NCBI GenBank assembly: GCA_040954595.2 | Contig: CM082584.2 | Location: 668,281-732,280 of the forward strand | DNA: 64,000 nt | DNA from: Balanoglossus misakiensis | Taxonomy: Eukaryota; Animalia; Hemichordata | Direction: 5' to 3' | Shown here: positions 1-11,034 of the stretch, piece after piece | Position numbering within the stretch: the first letter of the stretch is position 1 | Layout of the letters: each line of letters starts with the position of its first letter | Notes under the pieces: model-generated | Seen by the model: the letters and a program-made list of their open reading frames with translations, nothing else | The model's database searches: none | Told to the model about the DNA's origin: nothing | Program-made: the position numbers and the translations under genes

Positions 1-374
1 TGCTCATGAACACATTTTGTGTTTATAAACAACGAGTTTGTAACTTATGTTTGTACTGTACATGTTATCATTTATCTAGGTACATTTGCCAACATCATCT
101 TCAAAGAAACTATTCCATAAAAGAATGCTGAAAGAGTTTGAGGAAGACTTGGGTATCAAGAAGGACGACAACATTAAATATGAGTATTTCACAGAAATAT
201 GGCAGAAACACCTGCCAGAATTTGTCATTCCAAAGGTTAGTAGGAAACATTTGGAGGAAATTTGTCATCAGTTGCATATGTGTCAGGACTAATTTTCAGA
301 TGATGCTTTTTAAAAGTTCTTTCTGATTGAAGCTAGTCGATAGTTCAAGAGGGCATCAACAGATGCTGACCAGA

Positions 375-391
375 GGGGGGGGGGGGGGGGT
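375..391 (+). repeat. Intronic poly-G tract (~17 nt)
   Basis: Directly visible homopolymer. Confidence 0.9.
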
Positions 392-1437
392 GTTTAGGGC
401 AACTTTTGTCATTTTCAACCTAAAACATGCAACCACCAATTGGGCATACTTTCTGCTATATAGTACTTAAATTGCTTTGCTGTCCTATTTTAGAGGTAAT
501 TAGATCAGCAGTAGACCATATGTATCAAAGAAAGTTAACATTCTTGATTGTATCAATGAATAGATCAAGTGTAAATAATGTATCATTGATGTGATTTTTT
601 TTCTGATTTTACAGCGTCAAGAATTTGTGAAATGTAGCATATGTGTTCAGCTGAAGGAGGACCTTGCTCGGGCAAGAACAGCAACGGAAAGAGAGAAGAT
701 AAAGAATTTGATTGACACACATGTGCAGCAGGTTGAGTAAGGATACAGTTTGGGGAACTAAAAAAAACTAGATTGTGTATGAAAATGTAATCGGACAAGC
801 TTGACAAATGTCTTTAGAAATATTTTTTATTCAGTTTTAATTGAGAAGTACCGGTATGCTTTCATGACGATTTGATAGAATGGACTATAATTAACCCCTG
901 AACATCTCTTTAATGTTACAGACCAGCTCATGAGTTTTTCTGAAATAGTCACTTTTACTAAAATGGACTGTTTTCATTACCGTAGGGTGTAAATGCAGGT
1001 TTAACTCAATGAAAAATATGTATGTTGTGTACACAATTATATTTTCATTGTTTCTTTACAGGATTGAAAGACGGGTGTACCACAATACACGAGAACAAGC
1101 TAGAAAAAGAGGCAGATGAAGTAATGTGTATAATCCAAGATGGCATGGACCAAGCAAAAACCTGTATTCCCCATCTTGTTGAGAATGACAAGTTGACTGC
1201 ATGTCTTGCTCGTATAAGACTTCATCTTACTGGTAAGATAAGATTTTAGAAGGGTTGGTTGGCCATGGCATCTGTATGTTTTCTTTGGTTATGTGTACGT
1301 CAGTCAAATGACACATCATGAGGTTTTGTTGTGCAAATGTACCCCACTGTGTTACACATGAATTATTGTCAGTCAATTATCTTTTGCTCCGTTTGTTTTT
1401 TACTGAACACCTACACATTCATATTTTTACATTTTAG

Positions 1438-1676
1438 GAAATATCATTCACACAAATGTACCAGGGGGCAAGATAGTGCCAGCGTATTTGGATGTACTGA
1501 ACTTTCCACATGACAGCAATCTGTCGATGAACCTCCTTTTGCAGACTTTAGTAGACAACAAAGTCAGACTATCAAGGAGATTGTTTGCCCAGATGGACAA
1601 TTGTTACCGGGAGAACAAGAATAGATACATGCTGTCTCTTGGACATCTTCTGGTTGAGTTGAACATATTTGACCAG
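1438..1676 (+). CDS. Exon carrying the QMDNCYRENKN motif (putative second catalytic Asp) of the transposase-like gene
   Basis: Acceptor attttag ends at 1437, donor gtaata starts at 1677. In frame with both neighbouring exons (HLT-G-NIIH...FDQ|VDF). Confidence 0.8.
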
Positions 1677-2551
1677 GTAATAATTTATTTACTTCATGTA
1701 CAGTTGCATGCAAACTGTACCATTACTATATTGTTGGTCAATTACATTGCATATCGTTTGTCCCCATTGTTTAATTTCTGTCCATTTGGGTATGAGGAAT
1801 TGCCACAGGTTGTTCACTGAGGTCAGTCATCAGGTGATTCTGCATGATTCAGTATAGTTATTTAGACAAACAGGTCACAATGTGTAACATGAATAGAGTA
1901 AACTTATTTTCAAAAGTTAGAGCTGCTATCCTTTTAAACTTGATGTAAACTGGACTCGGGGTTTGTTCATGACAGATCAAATCCTTTCAAATGAACAAAA
2001 GGGTACTCTCACACCCCTGTTACAGTCAAAGGCTCTGGCAGTTGTCACTTCTTTGATTTTTAACTTTATGTTAGTGGGTCCATCAGACCAGACAAAAAAA
2101 ATCTCTGTGGTTTAACCTTGCATAAATATTAGTCCCAGACCTTAGACCAATGAATTTGCTCACCCCTGTGAACAGCTGATGTGTGTAGGAGCCCTTTTCT
2201 TACAATTGCAAAATGTTAATCATTCTTATCAGTGTATACATTTTAATGATAGAATTTAGTTTAATATCTCATGCAGTTCGTCAAGTATATGCTGATCATG
2301 TTTTTTTGAAATCAGTAGAAATGTACGTTTCTTTCAAGTCAGATATTGTCACTTCATGATTTTGAACATGACATTGTTTATGCTACACTATGCATTGAAT
2401 GTATATATATATTTGACATGTGTCGACCCTGCGCATAACTGTCAATCTTATGCTCCATCGATGTTGAAGTGTATTGAATACATAGTTTTGATAGATACGT
2501 AAACATACCCCTTAAAACTGATTGAATGAGTTCTTTTGTGTTCTCTTGCAG

Positions 2552-2657
2552 GTTGACTTCCACTTCCTACCAGTTGGACACACACATGAAGATATTGATC
2601 AACTGTTCTCATGCATTAGTAAACTACTCCGGAAGACAAATGTGTATACTATGGCAG
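2552..2657 (+). CDS. Exon carrying the FLPVGHTHEDIDQLFS motif of the transposase-like gene
   Basis: Acceptor ttctcttgcag ends at 2551, donor gtgaga starts at 2658. Confidence 0.8.
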
Positions 2658-3178
2658 GTGAGACAGTTGTCATCAACTTTCGATTAAGATTGTATGATTA
2701 TCACTTTTTGACTGATAAAATCAGCTACTTTATAGTTCATATTCTAAATCTGCAAAAATATGCAATTAAGTAAAAAAAACGTGTAAAAATGGTCAAAAAT
2801 AAAATCTCACTACTAGGCAAATTGGTGAACAGGTACCTAAGGTTGAGACTTCATATACTTTTCTTAATTTTGTATCTTGGCAATTTTCTTCACATATGGT
2901 AAAGAATCCACTCTGAATTGGCTTGCCAAATTGCTTTGAAATTTGGATGACAGACATATTTGTCTATAATTGGTTAAAAAACTACAATCACAAAACAGGA
3001 AGTGTTGTGTTCTGAATATAACTCTGGTGTTCTCAGCACAGTATGACAGACAAGTAATCATTTTAGTGTCATTAGAACTCTCATTCTAAGCGTGTAGAAT
3101 CTGAGATACAGTAGGGCCAATATCTACACAATCATCATTCAGGTCAGTGTTCAAAAGTAAAATAAAAGGTTAGATCTA

Positions 3179-3236
3179 GAGAATAGGAGATATGTAATAA
3201 TGATATAGAGAATAGGAGATATGTTATAATGATATC
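3179..3236. repeat. 29-bp tandem duplication in an intron
   Basis: gagaataggagatatgt(a/t)ataatgatat occurs twice in tandem. Confidence 0.85.
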
Positions 3237-3534
3237 ACGGGCTGTTTGGTGATATGAAGGAACTGGCTTATAGTTTGGATGCCTTCAAAGCATGGAAGAC
3301 CACAGGAGAAAAAAATCCAATGAAAGTCATTCTGATATGCCTGATGCACTTGTGTAAAGCATGTTATTGTAACTGCACAATTTTACTGTTGTCCTCAAGG
3401 TAATATAATGGTACAGCCTGATCTGAAACCAGGAATATTATTACCTATTAAACACCCCTGTGATTTTTTTTGTCTGCAGATATGGAGCGGATTATCACTG
3501 GCTGTTATAATGTACCTGTCTTCGTGAAACATGT

Positions 3535-5940
3535 AATAATAAATAATAATAATAATTTATTTGTATAGCGTCAGTATCCACAAAAAAATGTGATCAATGA
3601 CGCTTAAAGCAAAAGTACAATACAACAAATGGCTAAAAAACAGATTTAAAAAGTAAAGTTTTAACATTTGATTTAAAAACAGATAAGTCTGGTGCCTGGC
3701 GAATGGTGAGTGGAAGATTATTCCAAAGAATTGGAGCAGCAACAGTAAAAGCACGATCACCATAACTCTTGGTGCGTGATCGAACAGGGCAGAGTTTGAA
3801 CTGATCAGCTGACCTTAAATTGCGACATGGAACATATAGATTAGTCATGCTAGAAAGATAGATTGGACCAAGTTTATGAATGGATTTAAAAATGAGAACT
3901 ACATCTTAAAAACAATACGCTCTGTAACAGGTAGCCAGTGCAACTGATACAAAATTGGAGTGATGTGACAGGTGATTTTAGAACGAGTTACAATTCTAGC
4001 AGCAATATTCTGAACGCGTTGGATACGGTTGATTGAATACTTCGGGAGCCCAAATAAAAGTGAATTACATGAATCAATTCGAGACGTAGTGAATGCATGA
4101 ACTAATTGCTCTGTAGCTGAATGAGATAAATATTTGCGGATAAGCGCAATGCGACGTAAATGAAAAGTGGCAGAGCGGCAGATCAGTCCAATATGTGGCT
4201 TCATTGTCAGACAAGAGTCAAGGATCACTCCAAGGCTCTTAGCCTGACAATGGACGGGAATCAGAGAATCGCCAACACGAATTTCTGAAATCCCTCTAGC
4301 AGACAGATCACCCAAAATACCAGAGAAAATAACAAATTCAGTCTTATCATCGTTTAAGCACAAGAAGTTTTCAGACATCCAAAACCTAACATCAGAAATA
4401 CAAAGTTCAAGATTTGAAACAGTTCTTGCTGCGTTGTCTTTACTAAAAGACATATAAAGTGAAGAGTCATCTGCATAAAAACTATAAAGACAACCATGAC
4501 TTTGAACTAATTCACCTAATGGAGACGTGTACATATTGAAAAGTATGGGACCAAGAACTGATCCCTGTGGTACCCCAGTGTCGAGCGGATAAAAAGGTGA
4601 TTGGGTGGAATTTACAAGTACACACTGACTACGATTGGAAAGGTATGACTTAAACCACATGAGAACAGTATCTGAGAGACCGAAGCGGTCTCTTAAGCGA
4701 TTGAGTAAAATGGTATGGTTCACAGTGTCAAATGCTGCGGAAAGATCGAGTAATACCAAGAAAACATCTCTTTTTTCATCAAGAGCAAGCAAAATGTCAT
4801 TTGTTACTTTGAGGAGAGCAGTCTCAGTACTGTGTCCTGGCTTGTAAGCAGATTGCAAAGGCTCGTCCAATGAATGGTTGACAATGTGAGAAGTCAGTCT
4901 CTTGGCAAAAATACGTTCCAGGATCTTCGACAAAAACGGCAGGTTGGATACAGGACGGAAATTTTTGAGAACTTCATGATCAAGAGATGGCTTTTTAAGT
5001 AGAGGTTTAACGATGGCTTCCTTGAAATGAGGAGGTACAGCACCATACTGCAGAGAGTTATTGAAGATTTCTGTGATATGTGGTAACAAAACTTGTAAAA
5101 TGTCAGAATGTTTGAAGATCTTGGTAGGAATCGGATCAAGGCGACAAGTAGATGAAGGCGATGCACGAATAACCTTGTCAATTTCATCAGCTGTTGTAGG
5201 CTCAAAGGCATTAAGGCGACAATCGGATTTCAATTCAGTTTGTGGTTGTGAATGATGTCGAATGGAATTGCCCATATTTATAGTTAGTGATTTTACGCGA
5301 TTAATGAAGAATTTTGCAAAACGATTTGCTAATTCCAGAGAATCATCATGTTTTGGTAGTACAGTGGATGTGTTATTGTGACCAAGCAGTCCCTTTACGA
5401 CCTTGAATAATTGTTTTTGGTTACCTGAGCACTCGTCAACAAGGCCGACATGTCATGATATTTCCGGGCATTTGGGCAGTTCAGATTGTCAATATGAAAA
5501 TTGAAGTCGCCAGTGATGACAAGAGGGGCGTTGTTGGTGAGATGAGAAGACAAGAAGTCAGTGAAGTCATTAACGATTAACGAAGTCATCAACAGTGAAA
5601 CCATTTGTTTTATTCGGAGGAGGACGGTAAACCGTGGCTAGTGTGATATGCGACGATGGAGTTTTTATACGTACCTCCATTAATTCAAACGACTTGATTG
5701 AGGTAGAAGGTGGACATTGTGACACTGACAGTGAAGATTTAAAAATCGTAGCGATGCCTCCCCCACGACCTTTACGCGGAACACTGATGATGCTATAGCC
5801 TGGTGGCAGATTTTCATTGATGAGGGATGAATCACTGTCATCGTCACGAAGCCACGTTTCAGCAAGCATTAAAACATCCAAATGACAGTCTTGCAGGAAT
5901 TCGTTGATAGCTGTGGATTTATTGCACAATGATCGACAGT
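3535..5940 (-). mobile_element. 5'-truncated, internally deleted L2/CR1-group LINE (APE endonuclease + RT), non-functional
   Basis: EN motifs CRSLCNK, LAETWL, GGGIA, VYRPP, GDFNFH; RT motifs FRPVSNL, LDLSAAFD, GVPQGSVLGP, YADD; C-terminal LHWLP..YGDRAF..WNNLP..FK..KTLLF; 3' stem-loop AGCGTCA..TGACGCT; (TTA)n tail at ~3535-3555. Frameshifts near 5575, 5300 and 3900; deletion near 5447. Confidence 0.93.
3633..5938 (-). pseudogene. LINE ORF2 remnant (endonuclease-reverse transcriptase)
   Basis: ORF pieces 5570-5938, 5450-5604, 3899-5275 and 3633-3848 are collinear parts of one ORF2. Confidence 0.9.
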
Positions 5941-7729
5941 AACTCATGTGTTTGATATTAAAAAGTGGTTGGTCCCACACATGAGCAAATATTTCAGAGG
6001 ACAGTCGAAACCATTGTGTTTTCAGTTCAAGAAAGTAGATGGGCAGACCAGAATGCGTTATCGGCACTACTCTACATCTGTCTGGAGGCCAACAGTCCAG
6101 TATCAGCAGGGAACCACCACACCAATTGATGAAAGTTTGGGGCTAAAGTGCTTACAGGTATTTATATTATATGATTTATATGCATCAATATAGAAGTTTG
6201 CAGTGCCCTGAAGACGTAACATGAAAAGGGGGACCATGCAATATTAGTACTGAGCTGATTTGACATTTTTAAACTTATTTTAATGAGATCGACTTCAGTC
6301 ATATCATGAGAGCAATTGGGCAATTTTGAATCAAAATATTTCCACCAGTTACAATTTACAAAAATCCTTTTGCCTGAACTGAAAATATTTTAAAATTGTA
6401 GTACTGATCAATGTACATGCTGTTTATCTCATAGAGTGTACCAGATATCAATGACGTTCCAGATTTTGTACAGCCATGCATAGAAAAAATGGACCCTGTG
6501 AAGCTAAAGAAGGATATCCCAGACAGTTATGAATGGAGAATACCCAGGGATGCTGACAGAGAGTGCCTGAGGGACTTTGTGGAAAATGTTGAAATATATG
6601 AATAGGTGTGTTATACTTCAGACATAAAAGGCATACTGGATATGACAGTTATTTTCAGAACACATATTGCAGAGAAAGAACATGCAATATAACATTCCTT
6701 TTGAAAAGCATAATTCCTTTGAGTGGTGAATTAACTATAAACTCACAATTTTTCTTAGTCTTTGCGGACAGCGTCAGGGGGACTGGGCTCTGTCCAGTCC
6801 TGGGGGAGGGGGGTATGGTCAATCTGCCCATCTATCTGTCAGTTCATGTGTCCGCCGCAAAGAACATGATAAATTTGAAGACATGGCTTGTTGCAGATAA
6901 GCGTTTTCCTAACTGCTCGAGTTTTTCTTTCGTGGATAATTATATATTATGCACTCTGATTCACTTGTAGGTTCCACCAAACAGACCAACAACATGGTTT
7001 TTCCATGATCTGATTGAAGCAGCAGACCAAAGAAGGCAAATGGAAACAGAACAGACACTACCAAGCCACCTTGAAGTGATCAGGACAAGAATTGAAAGAG
7101 AGTGTGATGATGTAAGTAGCATTTTAATTGTAACTATCACTGGTTCAAGACAGAATTACACTAATGATAAATAGTGTTCTGAAAATGTACATGTGGATAT
7201 ATAGTGAATCAACATTCAACCACACACAACTTCCATCCCACTTGCAGAAACACACAAGTGAAAAATTCAAAAATTCAACTTGCGAAAATAAAATGTTTTA
7301 CTTATGTTTTAATTAAGAGAGAGACTTTGTCCCTTTAATGTGGGCAGCACGTACTTAGTATATTGGCAAAGTAAAATTATTCCTGTCGACGGCAAAGGAG
7401 TAGATGTCTGTACATGCCAAAATTAGGCTCAGCTAGACTGAACTTGCCCTGGGTTTGGAGTTTGCCTGAAAAAAATTCAATTCTCTTTTAGACTATCAGC
7501 CATTTCAACTAGAAAAGCTAAATTAAAGGGTAACTTCACCTTTAAAGGGGACTATTTTTCATGACAGGCTTGATCATGATTTTTTTCTTTATTGTTAATA
7601 GCAAAGTCATTTTGGAAAGAAAAATTATGAAAAGTGAAAACTCAATGTGATAAATAAAGTGTTAAATCTTATCAATCTTATAAAAAAGACCTCTAAAAGT
7701 ATTTTATTCTTTTTTTTTCTTTTTAATAG

Positions 7730-8164
7730 GTCATTATTGGAAGGACACCACGACCAATTAGTAGGGCAACAAATGACCAAGGAGATTGTAACAATATGAA
7801 TGGATTGGATACCAATGCAGTCTTGAATGTTGACAACTTTGAAACGTTACAGGAAGATATGTTTGTGGCTGTGTACATTCCCAGTTTAAAACAAATCCCT
7901 CAACTTGGAAAAGTTGTCGCTGTAAACTCAGAAGAGGAAACATTTCAGCTGCATTGGTATTCAGGTTCTTGGTCTGCTTTGTGGAAACCAGCCTTTTGTG
8001 GAGCGGGCCGAAACAGAAAGCCAAATGTTGAAACTGTGTGGATACAATCTGCCATTTTTTGGGATTTTCAGTTAACACAAGGTAGTGTACTACCCAAAGC
8101 CACACAAACAACATTGAAGGAACGCTACCATGAAGCACAGCAAGAGATGGTAGAAAGTGACTGA
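7730..8164 (+). CDS. Terminal exon of the transposase-like gene; beta-rich, possibly Tudor/SH3-like C-terminal module
   Basis: Long poly-T acceptor ending ttttaatag at 7729; open frame to TGA at 8162-8164; contains FVAVY..PQLGKVV..FQLHWY. The fold is an inference. Confidence 0.7.
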   Translation, partial: VIIGRTPRPISRATNDQGDCNNMNGLDTNAVLNVDNFETLQEDMFVAVYIPSLKQIPQLGKVVAVNSEEETFQLHWYSGSWSALWKPAFCGAGRNRKPNVETVWIQSAIFWDFQLTQGSVLPKATQTTLKERYHEAQQEMVESD

Positions 8165-8972
8165 AAACAACAGACAACAGACTCCACTCACTGGTCTTGA
8201 AACAGATTTCAATGCCTATTATTGTGGGGGAGGGGGTATCAAAGTGTAATTTGGTATATATGTCGCCAGGCGATTGGTATCTCAATACGTTTTTTTCACC
8301 AACCATTAGATGCATGATTTTGCTGAAAATCAAACCGTAGGACTTTATAAACTTTATCTTCAGAACATTAAAGACAGGTCTACCCAAATGCATCTTATAT
8401 ATTTAGCGTACAGTGAAGCCACTGTGAACTCTGGCATAGACAACCAAGTTCCATATGTCATTTTAATATCAAACACTAATTTCAAGCTGTACGAAATTTA
8501 TATTGTATTATGTGAAATATTTAATCTTTTGTTGAGCTAAAATTCACACTTGGCTCAGTTATGCCAAACATGTGATAAATTTCATACCAGTACTGACCAA
8601 AGTTGTCGTGTGAAAGTCCAACAGTCCTACAAATTGTTCAAGTACACGTATATATAATAATGAATCCCATGGCATGTACATATTTTATAAGTGATTGTAC
8701 AAATTCTGAACAAAGGGGACACATCTCATTTACAGTGTTTTTACAGATGCTAAAGTAGTCAAGAGGTTTGCAATTAAAGACATTTGAGACTCATACAAAA
8801 GTAAAGCTTGTAAGATATGACTGACATTTTTAATATTTTAATGATTGTATTTCTTTATATATATATATATATATATTACTGGTCATTTACCTTTCTAGCA
8901 GTGTTTTATAAATAAATAAGTGTGTGATACAATTTTAAAACATGTATTATGTTTGTTATTTTGTCAGAAAAT

Positions 8973-10746
8973 TATCCAGTAGCATTGAAGGCCACTTCCA
9001 TCGTGACCCTCTATCCAGTAGCATTGAGGGCCACTTCCATCGTGACCCTCTATCCAGTAGCATTGAGGGCCACTTCCATTGTGACCCTCTATCTCTATCC
9101 AGTAGCATTGAAGGCCACTTCCATCGTGACCCTCTATCCAGTAGCATTGAGGGCCACTTCCATCGTGACCCTCTATCCAGTAGCATTTGGGGCCACTTCC
9201 ATCGTGACCCTCTATCCAGTAGCATTGAAGGCCACTTCCATCGTGACCCTCTATCCAGTAGCATTGAGGGCCACTTCCATCGTGACCCTCTATCCAGTAG
9301 CATTGAAGGCCACTTCCATCGTGACCCTCTATCCAGTAGCATTGAGGGCCACTTCCATCGTGACCCTCTATCCAGTAGCATTGAGGGCCACTTCCATCGT
9401 GACCCTCTATCCAGTAGCATTGAAGGCCACTTCCATCGCGACCCTCTATCCAGTAGCATTGAGGGCCACTTCCATCGTGACCCTCTATCCAGTAGCATTG
9501 AGGGCCACTTCCATTGTGACCCTCTATCTCTATCCAGTAGCATTGAAGGCCACTTCCATCGTGACCGTCTATCCAGTAGCATTGAGGGCCACTTCCATCG
9601 TGACCCTCTATCCAGTAGCATTGAGGGCCACTTCCATTGTGACCCTCTATCTCTATCCAGTAGCATTGAAGGCCACTTCCATCGTGACCCTCTATCCAGT
9701 AGCATTGAGGGCCACTTCCATCGTGACCCTCTATCTCTATCCAGTAGCATTGAAGGCCACTTCCATCTTGACCCTCTATCCAGTAGCATTGAGGGCCACT
9801 TCCATCGTGACCCTCTATCCAGTAGCATTGAAGGCCACTTCCATCGTGACCCTCTATCCAGTAGCATTGAGGGCCACTTCCATCGTGACCCTCTATCCAG
9901 TAGCATTGAGGGCCACTTCCATTGTGACCCTCTATCTCTATCCAGTAGCATTGAAGGCCACTTCCATCGTGACCCTCTATCCAGTAGCATTGAGGGCCAC
10001 TTCCATCGTGACCCTCTATCCAGTAGCATTGAAGGCCACTTCCATCGTGACCCTCTATCCAGTAGCATTGAGGGCCACTTCCATTGTGACCCTCTATCTC
10101 TATCCAGTAGCATTGAAGGCCACTTCCATCGTGACCCTCTATCCAGTAGCATTGAGGGCCACTTCCATCGTGACCCTCTATCCAGTAGCATTGAGGGCCA
10201 CTTCCATCGTGACCCTCTATCTCTATCCAGTAGCATTGAAGGCCACTTCCATCGTGACCCTCTATCCAGTAGCATTGAGGGCCACTTCCATCGTGACCCT
10301 CTATCCAGTAGCATTGAGGGCCACTTCCATCGTGACCCTCTATCCAGTAGCATTGAGGGCCACTTCCATTGTGACCCTCTATCTCTATCCAGTAGCATTG
10401 AAGGCCACTTCCATCGTGACCCTCTATCCAGTAGCATTGAGGGCCACTTCCATCGTGACCCTCTATCCAGTAGCGTTGAGGGCCACTTCCAATGTGACCC
10501 TCTATCTCTATCCAGTAGCATTGAGGGCCACTTCCATCGTGACCCTCTATCCAGTAGCATTGAAGGCCACTTCCATCGTGACCGTCTATCCAGTAGCATT
10601 GAAGGCCACTTCCATCGTGACCCTCTATCCAGTAGCATTGAAGGCCACTTCCATCGTGACCCTCTATCCAGTAGCATTGAAGGCCACTTCCATCGTGACC
10701 CTCTATCCAGTAGCATTGAAGGCCACTTCCATCGTGACCCTCTATC
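8973..10746. repeat. 39-bp minisatellite, 44 copies (9 carry a +6-bp tatctc variant)
   Basis: Unit tatccagtagcattga(a/g)ggccacttccatcgtgaccctc; near-perfect copies. Confidence 0.98.
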
Positions 10747-11034
10747 AAGCTATTATGTTGCATATTTCTGTGTGTATTTTTAAAATACACAATTTTTTGC
10801 ATAATTGGACAAATGTGAGCAAAAAAGCATGAACTGTCTTTTTGTAAATGTAACTGCTGTTAATTTCTTCATTTTATCATATTCTGTAATGTCTGTTTGT
10901 TATAAATGTTGCAATTCACAAAATTTTCATTCAAAAAACAAGAGCTACCAACAAAGTACTGCAGCTTCAGTCAAATACAAAGATTTTATGTGCATTTTGC
11001 CTATATCCAATTATCCCAAAATATTTCCAATCGT

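Larger units (their letters stand above)
80..8164 (+). pseudogene. Multi-exon Sola-like / DUF7869-type DDD transposase-family gene, 5' end probably upstream of the window, apparently disabled
   Basis: Manual GT-AG splicing gives phase-consistent exons 80-235, 615-736, 1062-1232, 1438-1676, 2552-2657, 3480-3534+5941-6157, 6435-6605, 6971-7111 and 7730-8164. Motifs in order: VHLP..IW..IPK, FVKCSIC..H, ERRVY, IIQDGMDQAKT, HDSN, QMDNCYRENKN, FLPVGHTHEDIDQLFS, VFDIKKWL. Lesions: one extra A in the A-run at ~1104-1108, a LINE inside exon 6, and TAG at 6603-6605. Family name is from motif recognition only. Confidence 0.8.

Noticed and set aside
5570-6067. 165-aa ORF as a single gene
   Set aside because: Chimeric: the antisense of a host exon (5941-6067) runs into the LINE endonuclease.
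7758-8393. 211-aa minus-strand ORF
   Set aside because: Antisense shadow of the terminal exon; no motifs.
8949-10832. Overlapping ~600-aa ORFs on both strands
   Set aside because: They are by-products of a stop-free 39-bp tandem unit. Not called as CDS; one frame is kept only as a low-probability finding.
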